This document shows, in pieces, positions 11,986 to 24,630 of a stretch of 64,000 bases of DNA. Under the pieces are notes generated by a model. The model saw only the letters and a program-made list of their open reading frames with translations, made no database searches and was not told the DNA's origin. Every line of letters starts with the position of its first letter. Positions within the stretch are counted from its first letter, which is position 1. A program made the translations under genes and the position numbers. Source of the DNA: Owenia fusiformis. Lineage: Eukaryota. Location: NCBI GenBank assembly GCA_903813345.2, contig CAIIXF020000001.1, forward strand, positions 38,130,001-38,194,000, given 5' to 3'.

Positions 11986-14813
11986 TAATCATTTAGATGG
12001 TGATAATATGTAGCTGCATGACATCTCATTTCTTCCCAGCCTACATGTAATGGGTGGGATTTGATGATCCACCAAGAGAGCCAATTTTTGAAAGATGCCA
12101 CGAGTATCAGAATGATGTAAGACATAGTTATCAAAAATATTGATCAGAAAAAGTAATGATATCAATGATTGAACTCTGACCTTATACATTCATCAACAAG
12201 AACTTGTTTGGTGCAAAAGGCTTGTAAGTTCTGCAAGACAATTGAAACTTGAAGTGAACTTTTTGGCTCATTAAAGAGGTTAAGCTACACATTTTTAGAG
12301 AACTTGTACTGACTATGTAGAATTGTGGTCTTCTGAGGATTAGGTATCCCCTTTGTAGTATTTGCTTGTCTGATTAAAAAGACAATTGATGTGTCCCTGG
12401 AAAAAACAATTTAGAGATGGTGAAAGACAACATGTCAAAATATTACATTTCACGTACAATACGCTCAGCTTAATTGCCATGTATACTTTCATATACCAAT
12501 TTATAATATATTGCAGCAATTGATTCATTGATTGAGGAAAATATATAAGGATAACTAGATCCTGTTTGTTTTGTGAACAGGAAGGATACCAAAACTTCAT
12601 AAAAAACTTTTGTTGCTGAGAGAAGGCTTTAGAAGATAACAAGTTGAAAAGTTTCGAGTTTCAGTTTTAATTGCTTGGGTATTGTTTCAGTGTCACAATG
12701 CTGTGGGAACTATCAGATGGTTGGCTTATGTTTCATGTTGTAAATACCAATCTGTTGCAGGCTTGTCTTCAGCCTGAAGTTGTGCAACAAGTGGAGTCTG
12801 TGAGCCAGTATCCTTTGTAAGAGCCCAACTCTGCCTGTACTCTTTAGATGAATTAGAAACAATTCTTCGATGTAGGCAATATCTAATAAGACATGACGCT
12901 ATGTGGTGAATTTATGTTACAATCCAACACTTTTGAAAATCCATTGGCGCTTCATTTGAAAATATTCAAATCTTATCTGTATCAAAACTCTAAATAACTT
13001 ATCATACTTTAAAAGGCGTGTTAGAATATTGTCTATGTTGTCAGCATGTTTTGCATTGTCAGAAGGTTGGCTGCGGCTCACTTCTTGATTTCTTAGAAAC
13101 AGCTGGTTAATATTTTGTTTTATTTAGCTTAAAGGGGTGACTAGGTTTACCAGGTTTAATGCCCAATTCTACTTTACTTTTGAATGTGTATTCCTCCAGT
13201 TTTCATTTGTGTGAAGCTTTTATTTTATTTTATAGTCTGGCACCTGTTCTCTGGTGATCTATAGATTCATCTTCTTGGCTCTGGCACCCTTATAAGCCCC
13301 TTTCAAAACACTTCATCTGAAGCCTCTTCACAAAAACACATTCCATAATTCTTTTCAGTTTGCATTCTGCTTTGAAACAATACAGTTTATCACTTTTTTC
13401 AACATACCATCTTTCTGACATTTTTAAATTGTTTCTTGGTCCACTGACTTTCTGGTCCAAAATGAACATCTAGCTATGGGTTATTCTTCCCAAGGGTGTA
13501 ATAACAAGGCTATAATATTGTAAGCCTTGCACAGGAGGTGATGAGGAAGGGAGACTGAAGTCATATTGCTTACTGTACATGCAGTCCTTAGTACCCTGAA
13601 CTCCTATCAGCACTACATATTATTTTTTATTGACCCTTTACATACAACATTATGCTAATCTCTGACTCTGACTAATGATCTTGCATTTTTAATGCAGAGT
13701 AGATATTAAAAATCTCAAATGTGGCTATATAGCTTGTTTGGAAATTTAGATTTTAATGATAGAGAGGTTTCGCTCAACAGGTTATAGCTGAAATGTTTCT
13801 TCAACCACATCTTGTTTTAATTGAACTGCTATGCATAAATCTGGTGAATATGTAATAGATTTGAGATATATTGAGCATAAAAAATCATCGTGCAAAGGCT
13901 CTCTAATAATATTTTGATATAGTGCGAAATCAAGTGATGTGATTTTCTGACCACACATTCTGATTGGATAAAAGCCAGATCATAAACTTATCTGTTATTT
14001 CAAGAGGGCTGATGAAGTCAAGCTCTTACAAAATGAGTGTAGAATTTGAAACTCAAATATACATCCTGAAAACAGAACACCAGAACAATGTGGTTGCTAT
14101 AACAACTCTGAAATGGAACCCAAATTCTCAATTTTGGAAATGTAGGTTACAACTTAAATTCTGTCATCAAAAAGCTATCAATGGTGATTTCTTTAATGAA
14201 ATACTACCACTATCACTTATCCGCAATGTGTTGTTAAAAGGAGTGTTAGTGTAGAACTGGGCACTTTGTCTATGTTTCCCTTAGGGACCATCATTTTAAA
14301 ATTGTCCCCTCCCTCTATACTTTTGTCTACATGGACATTTTTTCTTCCTAGTTTACGAAAGTTGCTCCCTCTTTAGAAATCAATTGTCACATACAGAATG
14401 ATCTTTTACAACCTCACCAAACATAATTGACATTTGTTGATGTGCACCTGGTCCAATGCACTTGTCCCATAACCTCAAATGATTGGTTTCTTCCCTGGAT
14501 TTGTTGGTAAAGATGGCATGCTATTCAAATAGTCAGTTTCACCCATGTAAATGTTGATATTGTGGTATGTTCAATTTAGCTCATCAGCCAAGTCTTTATT
14601 CTATGAAGACATAGCAACCTAGCAACCACTATACAATGTACATTGATGTATTCTGCCATGTTTTTGTTAGATAAGAAAACAACACAATCTATACAGTGCA
14701 AAATTCTGAATCCAGTAATACAATTTAAAAGATGACAAACCTATATATTTGTCAGGATAAATGGTACTGTTACCAATATGACCAGAGTGTGACAGGCCAT
14801 TGTGCTTTTCAAA

Positions 14814-15328
14814 GTTCAATATGACAAGAGAGGATGTAGCAGTGTGACAAAGAGGGGCAGTTCAATATGACAAGAGAGGGTGAAGTTTATCGTGACAAGA
14901 GACGTATATCTCAATGTTACATGAGATAAAAAAGCTCAATGTGACAAGAGAGGATGTAGCTCAGTGTGACAAGAGAGGGGCATCTCAATGTGACAAGAGA
15001 GGATGCAGTTTATTGTGACAAGGGACATACATCTCAATGTGACATGAGACAAAGCTCAATGTGACAAGAGAGGATGTAGCCCAGTGTAACAAGAGAGGCT
15101 GCAGCTCAGTGTGACATTAAGGATGCAGCTTGAGGTGAAGAGAGTATGTAGGTCAATGTGACAAGAGGGGGATTAGCTCAAAGTGATAAGAGAAGCTACA
15201 GCTCAATGAGATGAGAGTGTAGATCAAGGTGGCAAAAGAGTGGCAGCTCAATGTGACAAAGGGTTAAGCTTTAGGTAAAGAGAGTACATAGATCAATGTG
15301 ACAAGAGAGAGTGATGCTAAATGTGACT
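14814..15328. repeat. Degenerate minisatellite, unit about 22-25 bp, about 20 copies
   Basis: Consensus ctcaatgtgacaagagaggatgtag. Confidence 0.85.
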
Positions 15329-16849
15329 ATGTCTATAGTTTACTCAAGATCTGGGTGAGGATGGGCCCTTCGCATATTGTGCGAAGATAGAATGATGGAA
15401 TAATCCAGATGTGCGTTGATAGTTACCAGTTTCACCACCAGGTGGCTGATTCGGGTCAGATAACATGGTAGATATGGTAGAATTTTCCATTTATCTTGAA
15501 TATTCATCAGTTTAAGTGAATCAATTTTCATTTAACACATTTGTGTGTGATATAAATACAAATGAAAATATTATGTCCAGTAAAAGAAAATTTTATCTGT
15601 CCAACACTAGAAAAGATATTTCACCTTAAGTGATTTTATAACACATCGTATAATACTCCCTGGCCTAGAAGTCACATTTTCAAAGAAAATTAAATTATCA
15701 AAGTTGATAAATAATTATTTTAACAATATTTCTAGATGAATGTGCATTTCAAATATGATCAAATATGATATCACTTTAACTAAATTTTGAATTTTTAATG
15801 ATGTAAATTAAGGTTACCTCTACTTGCATTTAATAGTCTATTGGAAATTGATATGAAAGCACACCTCCTCTGAAGAAGGATTAAACAAGTCTTGAAAAAG
15901 TATGACGTGCTTTATTATATAGACTGCAATGAATAATGAAAAACAGATGAAGTAAATAGATTAATCACAAGCCTTATATTGGTATATTTTTATTGTCTGT
16001 CTGGTGAGGTCAGGATGGCACCCAGGCTTTGAGTGTGTGGCCTTGGAACAAAAAATGAGAAATGTGTTCACATACCTACTGGCTTAATGACTATACCTAG
16101 GCAGATGTAATAATACAGACGAGGTAATAGACTAATTTTGCAAACCATGTGAAGCCATTTATTTGCGATCATTAATCAAGAGAAAGAGTATTTCCCAATT
16201 CATATTCAGTATATGTGTAATTGTAACTAGACCTTTGTACGGGCAACTGAGAGGACAGAGTGACGGTGACCCAATCGATCAGTAGTAACCAATCAATACT
16301 TGTGTACTGTTAAGAGCTTGACAAGTCACAATCATAAGCAATAAAACCATAATTTTCTATGTATTTGATGTTCATTTGGGTTCTAGTTTTTCCTAAGGGG
16401 TAGACTACTAAAGCAACGGAGAAAAATCATGTAATTGATGTTTTTTTAAAGTTTGTTATGTCAGACGCCTGTTCCACCTGTTTATTTGGAACTATAACCT
16501 AGCTGACAATTGTCTTGCATATCTTTTCATCTCAAAATACGTCGAGCGAGAAATATGATAAATAACATATAAAATCAAACAAGCTCATTGGTTTACAGAT
16601 CTAGAAACTTAATGTAGAACTATTTTAGAAGCTAGATACACTCAGTTCCATGGTTTAACACACAAGTAGTGTTTCAAATCCATTTCATTAATGGGCAGTT
16701 GAAAGAAATATGTTCAACATCAAATGGTTTTAAAACTTTATAGCATTTTGATAGTGTATAATAGCCTTAATCTTATAGAATGATTCACCGCAACATGTGT
16801 CATGCCTACAAGAATTTGTTTGATGGCATAAAAAATTATTAATATGAGG

Positions 16850-17312
16850 TTATATAATGGTTCTTTCTGTATATCGTTTTTATACTCGAGTGAGTATATG
16901 ATATATTCACAAGTGAGCGTAGCGAACGAGTGAATATATTATATTCTCACGAGAGTATAAAATGCACGATATACAGAATGAACCATTATATAATCTTATT
17001 ATGCCACTCTAAGTTCAATTACATTTGATTCGAACACAATCATAACAATTAAAAACCATAAAAATATCCCATAGCCAACTCAATAATGCTGATGTTGATC
17101 TCTAACCATTTATGACGTCACTTGATTCTAGGAAATCATGAAAATTTTCATGATTTTTTTTATTCATTAGTTCCCAGAATGCACTTCTACAGTGGTATAC
17201 GCTAGAGTGTATACGGAGGAGTTGTATACGATGACGATATACCACTCTCCAATGTATATCGTTGTTATAGACCCATGTTATACAACTGTAATTGGACTTA
17301 GAGTGGTATAAT
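16850..17312. mobile_element. Non-autonomous element: long terminal hairpin plus a second inverted-repeat pair
   Basis: Hairpin 16850-16993 around gagcgtagcgaacg; second IR 16998-17023 / 17287-17312 (24/26). Confidence 0.7.
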
Positions 17313-18243
17313 GTGTAATATACAATGCACATTTGTATATGCTTGATTTACGATATTTATACAAGTTTCTGCTAAATTAAGTCCCTGGTGATAAAACTGA
17401 TAGTGATGCCAAGAATATTGCAATGGAAGTATAAACATTTGTGTAGTAATGTTCAGATAAATATAGTGTGTTGTTTACACAGTAGCATAAACAAGAAGAC
17501 AATGTTCAGACAATGTATAAGTTGGTAAGTGTGTAGATGAATGATAGATGGCTGTTTCATATGGTGCTTTAGGCCTTTATAGATCAACTACACATCTACA
17601 TGTATCTATAAAGTGTGCCAGCAATAAACAGGAAGTGTTTTCGATATGTTCGTAATGTTATTTCTTGTTATGCATTTTCCAAAAAGTTACAATTCAAATC
17701 GGGAAATTGACTGGAGGTGAGGATTTGAGCAAAATACTTTTTAGTAACATTAACAGATCTGGACTGGAAATTCAGAAATGGGACGAAAACATCTTGGACC
17801 TCTGTTTTGATTTCTGCCAGAAATAGTAAATCATTAGATTAAATCCTCTGTCATTTGCCCACGTGCATGGGAGGTATTATGTAGGGGTTCAGAGATTACA
17901 AGAGAGTACAAAACTACATGTACTAACAAATTGATAAAAAAAACTAAACAAATGAACTGGAAAAAATAGATGTCACAGTTACATGTATTTTAAGATCCAG
18001 ACACTATTTTTCAACTTGATAATTATAGTCAAACAAAAAATATTTAAAGAGAGGTATATTGACTGCATAATAAGTAGAATGATCGATATGGGGATTAGTT
18101 GACATATGAGCTTGGGAATTATAAAAAATATGCTTATTCTAATTTGAAGAAGTGTCAGTTTTAATCGCATTATTTTTATGTCAGTATTTAGTTAGTCATG
18201 GGAATGATTGAATTATATAGGATATTATTCAAGACATACCATG

Positions 18244-18388
18244 CAGGCCTGTAGCCAAGGGGGATCAGGGGGTTAGCTCTGAGCACTTTTCAAGTGAATG
18301 TTGTCCAGAGTTGTAAAATATGAACTCCTCTGGAACCTTTGGAAAAGTGACCTCCCCACACTCTTGGCAAAAGCTGGCTACGGGCAAA
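18244..18388 (-). mobile_element. MITE family B copy, diverged
   Basis: caggcctgtagcca ... cttggcaaaagctggctacgggc; shares ctgagcactttt with 1-121. Confidence 0.65.
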
Positions 18389-18726
18389 TATGGGTGAAGT
18401 CATAGAAAACAACACTGAACAATGTTTAATAAGGTTAAATGAATGTGGGTGGGTTTGTAGTTTTATGAGGGAAAAACATGGATCGTTATAGCTAATCATA
18501 TAATATAGAGACAGTGAAATGAAATATTCCTCTGATTATGAATTAATCCAAAGATTTATGTACATTCACTCAGATCTGTTTAATAATATATTGATTCACA
18601 CTACTGACTTCAAAACTTCCTATGATATACTTAACTGATAATTGTGAATGATTTTGATTATTTTATAGTTTGTATAGAACGCAATAAGTCTTCAGTGTGT
18701 TCTACAAGCAGCTTTAACAACATACA

Positions 18727-18810
18727 CATATAAATCTCCCATTTCTCCATATAAATCTCCCATTTCTCCATATAAATCTCCCATTTTCCATATAAATCTC
18801 CTATTTCTCC
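18727..18810. repeat. 21-bp tandem repeat x4
   Basis: Unit catataaatctcccatttctc. Confidence 0.9.
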
Positions 18811-21800
18811 CTTAGGAGCATGTTGTGCAATCAACCTTCACAGACCAAGTACAGTTACACTTGTTTTACTGGTTACAATTGATTTATGAATGCAATAACA
18901 GGCTGTCATTATCAGCTTGTTATTTTTCCATCTTTATCACACTCTTTAACATTATTAACAACTGCATTATTGTCATGAGTCCAATTCCATAATAGCGATG
19001 ATTATGGATACTTATGGGTACGGATGTATAATTATTTTTATTCGTAATGGTATCCTGAATCCGATTGGCTTCTCTGATTGCCCTCTGATTATTGCATATG
19101 ATTTCAAGTTACAGAACATAAATATGTTAATGCTGTTGTTGCCAGGGTTGGTTGTTCTATTGTTTTTTGATTGACTTTGACAACGGTTGATTTCATTGCA
19201 TGAATTTCTTGACTGTTGTTTTCATCCCAGGTCATTTTGACTAAAAAAGTGTTGTCATTTTTTAAATTTATCCAATGCAAAATAAGAATGTTAACTCTGG
19301 ATTCTCGCGAGGTATCCCATGCTGATTCTAAAATTACCAAAAAAACTCAGAAGGGGTGGATAAAGGGGACAGATTGTTAGCTATTCTACCATACTTTCGG
19401 AAAATAATGCTACAATAGAAAATCACTTGTTCTGATGTAATTCATGTTGCTGGCACTTGAAAGCAAATGAAGTGAATAAATGTAAACCAGAGTACTGAAT
19501 TAGAACATTTTCTTACATACTTAATTCCCTCTGTCTATTTAAATCATATACTACTTATAGAAGTTAAGAATGTTAGATAAATCTATTAAGAAAATATCAG
19601 AAGCACCATATAATACTGGAAAATCCAACACAAGGTGGCTATAACCTGCATGGTTGACCATTTGGACTTGTTTATCAAACAATTTTACATTCATTTAAAT
19701 ATTATCATAGCCACTGTTTTAGTTCTTGTTGAAATATAAGGTGTGTAATTTTTATTGACTATTACTTGACTTATGACTTGAAGACAATAGTGTAAGAAGT
19801 TCAGTAAATCAACATGCTTCAACATGTAAACAAATCTGTGTTAAGCTCACCTGGCATTATGAAATCAAAACTTCCTTGATACCCCGAGCTCTTAGAGGAA
19901 TTGAAGAACACGTTTTAAGAGCAAATACAGTGAAAATAGAGGATGAAAATGATTTAATGAACGGATATGAAGTTTAACGTTGAGGACAAGGAAAAGTATC
20001 GAACATTTGAAACTTCCTTAAAACTTTTAATACAAATTGAAAGTGACTCAAAATAATGCAAGTGCAATGTACAGATATGCTGTTATCACATTATTACTTG
20101 TGTTTCATCAACTCTGTTTTAGCACATCCCATAGGATAAGATATAAAGCCTGACGTATGAGAAACTACATTTATACAAAGTATTCAGATCATAAAGTGGA
20201 GAAAGCAATAAAACTTATTTCAACATGCATTATATTAATATAACATATACATGTATTTGATATTGCTCCACTCTCTAAATAACTGTCGGGTTTTCAGTTT
20301 TTGGTAGGTACCCTTTGTACTAATTTGACCGTGTCTCTAAAAGGGGGCATTATCTACAGTACAATTTGTAAGTTACAAACCTTTGGGTGTCAGGGTAGGT
20401 ACTCATTAGGTATACTGAAAATTATGTATATTCTGTAGAGTGTGAAGACTGTATAAATAGCAAGATATTCTATTGTTATAATGGAAGGTTTGGCTCCATT
20501 GTTTTAAGAGAACTTGTCTGAGAATATGCAGAATTATTTCCCTCTAGGGATTAACTCTCCTCTCCTTTGTGGCTTTTACTTGCCTGATTTAGTATAAAGA
20601 TATAGAAAATAGTTATAAAAAGGTCCCTGGAAAAACAATGACGGTTATCCCTGGGGGACATAATTACAATTTCACATAGAAGTTCTCCTAAGAATGGGTA
20701 GTACTTAACATCCCTAATACTATAAATATCTAGCATTCACATGTGCTAAAATTACATGTTATTAATTAATAGTAAAGATTCAGGATCTGATTATCTAAAC
20801 AATTATCCATTAGGGCAATGATAATAAATGCATTAATGGCAGCTCCACAGTTCAAGAGGAAGGGTCCGCCAAACATGAAGATGTTTATCACGAACTTGTG
20901 TATGTAGAGTTAGCTAAGATATATTAATAATGTTAAATAAAAGAGATAAGTATAACCAAAGTCCTGTCAGCCTCTTCAAGTTAAACCATTTATAATCGCA
21001 TTCAAGAGGATCTGCCTACATCTAATTCGGACCAACATTGATAGTCTCTCTCTGTAGTGAGCCAGTGTATTTAGCATTGTGGGATTTATCTGTCACATTT
21101 ATTGTAACAAAGACTGCTTCTGATTGTGTGCTGTCTAGAAGGTTTGTATTAAACGTAGATATTTTTGGTATGGAAGTGACTTTCAATTCGGGGACTTCTC
21201 ATGATTCATTTGAAAAAGAACAATGTTTTTTTATTATATTTATCAGAGAAAGTAATGTCCATACCAAGAATATTGACCCTAGGAATTTATATATTAATAA
21301 GAATACATTTTAAATAGTGGTGTATAAACAATGCGTTCTGACTATTCTAGGTTTTTAAATGAGTGGTGAATAAATGTTCTAATGTGTCTTCTTCAAGATG
21401 TATTTTTACTAGAGATGAGATTGACAAATAAGTAAAATTTCACTGGCGTTTATATATACAGTATATAATATTTTCCTATGTTCATTTTTTATTCAAGTTA
21501 AAAAGAAATAACATTCATCCAAGATAATAAACAAGTTTTGCATAAGCTTTTCTCTATAGAGTTTTGCTTTGCTTTTCTTGCTTTGAATGTCCAACGGTTT
21601 CAATATCAACCAACAAGAACTCATTCTGAATCTACAGGTTGCCAACTAATATACTTTTGTTATCTATTTTAAATTCTAAATTAAGCATCATGAATCTGTA
21701 AATGAATTGTTCTTTCTCTTAAAGAGCTATTTGAAAAAGACTGATTTGCAGATCTATATCTATGGGACTTTTCTAGATTTTGTTGGTAGAAATTAACTCC

Positions 21801-22512
21801 AGACTGTATTGTTAAAATCATCAAACTTTTATTTCACCAGAATGTACTGGCATCTATCATAGTTGAATAACTGACCATTTGTATATATGTATTTATTTTT
21901 GTTTATCTTAGAAGGAAAGCTGAGAAAATGTTTGGAAAAGGATCCCATAATGTTACATATAAAGTGTAACGAGGATTGCATACATTAAATGTGTTGCATA
22001 GAACGAGAAGATACCCTTTGCTCATCAGCTATAATGCTAGCCTCTGACTAGGATCAGTGATTAACATTTTGGTATTTTAGCAATCAAATGGCACCAAGAT
22101 CTGTGCTTATATTATATGGAAGTTTTATATACTTGTTTTACCACTTAATGAATTGTGGTTAGCAGTAGGATGCTCTGATTAACTCTCTTTGGTGCTTTTT
22201 GGTAATGTTGAATGTGAAGATATAGACAATTACTCTGTAAAGGGTACCATTGCCAGATGTAAGAAGGCTCACAGTAAGGTTCCTTTAATGTATTTCCAGA
22301 TTGGTGTAGCTGCAAGGAACCTAAAGGACGGGGACAAAAGCCTCTAGATCATCATTAGGTATGTATCAACTTGATCATCCATTATTATGTCACTGCCAAA
22401 GATGTGACATATTGTTATAGTCTCCAACTTTTTGTGGCCAGTGTTTGGTGGTTGATGTTTTAATTAAGTTTTAAATAAGCCTTTGCCAACTTTGTATATA
22501 TGAGCAGCTTTA

Positions 22513-22905
22513 ACAGTCAGTGGTAATCCACTCTAGTGTCGCTTTGAAAAACGATTTTATGTCGCAAAAAAATCCTATTTTCGTTGTATTAGCCAAATTA
22601 GAAATAAAATGATCAATTCCACTCCCTCATTTCTACATTATATCTGCGCATGCTCGCATATTTAATTAGCACAACGAAATAAATAAATGGCCCCCGACAG
22701 CGAATTGTCAACTCGGGAGTTTTTCAGCTAATTTCTACATTTTTCGAAATGAGTTTCGTAATATGCATAGTGTCGAGTGGTAGAATGATGTTTTAGGAAA
22801 CTAAAGGTGTTTTTTCGAGGGGGATGCGTAGGAGCTTGAATCTGAAGGGAAAGACACCAGGTCGTAACAATAATTCCTAAAAGATGATGGATTACCACTG
22901 ACTGT
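22513..22905. mobile_element. MITE with 18-bp perfect TIR ACAGTCAGTGGTAATCCA and TTAA-like target
   Basis: TIRs at 22513-22530 and 22888-22905; flanks ttta/ttaa; CpG-rich interior. Confidence 0.8.
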
Positions 22906-23185
22906 TTAAGAACCTTATATAATGTTCATATATAATCTACACAAATAATATTTAAAATTTCGTGCAATGGGACTTATATAGTCGAAATAGAAAATTACAT
23001 ATATTTTAAAAGTGAATCATCAAAAAGCCAGGAAACAAAAATGCTGTAGCTTCAAGTCAATTTTTTAGAGTCTGATATTCAAAAGGCTCAGATGCTTTCA
23101 CATATGATCTCTAGGCATTCAAACAATTTGCATGAGTTAAAACTAAGTCACTGGAGCATGGGGGAAACAAATGAAAGATTGCATA

Positions 23186-23300
23186 TACGAGGGTTGTCCC
23201 AGAAGTAATGCACTATATGCTCTAACTTTCTTAAATATTCTTCAATTCAGCTGAAATTTTGTGAATATAACAATTGAAGTTTTATCTATTATATCCAGAA
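23186..23300 (+). mobile_element. mariner-like left-end fragment
   Basis: TA-CGAGGGTTGTCC start typical of mariner-type TIRs; no matching right end found; extent uncertain. Confidence 0.35.
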
Positions 23301-24360
23301 GTGTCAGCATCAAACATTAATATTAAGTCTTGATATGGTTGCTATAACAACATGGGGGTAGGGGTGGGCGGGGCAGGTACCAATTTTTCTAATTATGAAA
23401 AGATCCAAAGTGTTATTTTATTAATATTTCTTTCCTTTAAATGGTCAAAATGTTTAGGAAATTGTTAAATTTATTCAACATGATGTTAACCAAGTACAAA
23501 TAATGACATTTAGCACTGTGATGTCATAATACCACATTTCAATAGTCACGAATTCGAATACAGTCACAGTCAAGAAATTGCAAAAATGGCTGCAATTATT
23601 ACCTGAAAACAGAAGGCCTTGCGTTTGGTGGCCTAACCAGTGGTATTGCACCTATAGGTTGCAAAGATATGTGATGTCTCAGGTTAAAAGTGAAGTTCAG
23701 GTAGAACATTTCATAACCATTGCCATTATGTTCTTATTTTTCTTGAGGCTCATCAAATACCATTATTCCATTTATGTTTACTGTACATCCTCTAGTATAT
23801 TAGAGTTGAATTAGAACCAGATACTATGGTTTCAAAGTACCCTGGGCCCCAGATACTGCAGGTGATAACTTGTAGATGGAGGTCTATTAAAGATGCAAAC
23901 TCAAGACTTGAAAAGGGTAGTTACAAGGCTTATTGGCCATGATATTTTATCACAAGTTTTATGTTTGAACAGGTGATATTGTTCTTGTGCATTCCAACCC
24001 CTATAGTATGCAGACTTTTACATTATATAGTCTTGTATCTACCCTTTCCAATAATTTGATTTTCCCTCTTAAAAAGAGCATCACCCCTAGTCTGGGTTCT
24101 ACTCCAAAAGTTTGACTATAAACTAGGGTTTGACTGCATCTCTTAATATCAGAGTCTCTTGGCATCAGAGTAAAGCCTCAGTCTCATTTGCTTGCTCTAT
24201 GGCAGATTGGCAGGCATACGGAGGATGTAGTTTTACAAAATCAAAATTGAAAATCTACACTGTACAGCTTATCCCTATGTTTTATGCTGCATATTTCTCT
24301 TGATTTTGGGAAGCTACACCCACTGTATGGTTGCAGTAGATCAAATTTAACAATTTGACT

Positions 24361-24630
24361 CAGGCATTATACACCCCCTATCTGGGGTTTGATGATCAAA
24401 TGTAACTGAGGCATTATACACCCCCTATCTGAGGTTTGATGATCAACTGTAACTGAGAAATTATACACCCCCTATCTGGGGTTTGATGATCAAATGTAAC
24501 TGAGGCATTATACACCCCCTATCTGAGGTTTGATGATCAAATGTAACTGAGACATTATACACCCCCTATCTGGGGTTTGATGATCAAATGTAACTGAGGC
24601 ATTATACAACCCCTATCTGTGGCTTGATGC
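24361..24630. repeat. 47-bp minisatellite x5.7 with dimeric higher-order structure
   Basis: Unit gaggcattatacaccccctatctggggtttgatgatcaaatgtaact; starts at 24361, 24408, 24455, 24502, 24549, 24596. Confidence 0.95.

Noticed and set aside
14814..15328. Repeat with a conserved core and variable spacing, superficially CRISPR-like
   Set aside because: Eukaryotic context, inter-core segments are related to each other rather than unique spacers, and there are no cas genes.
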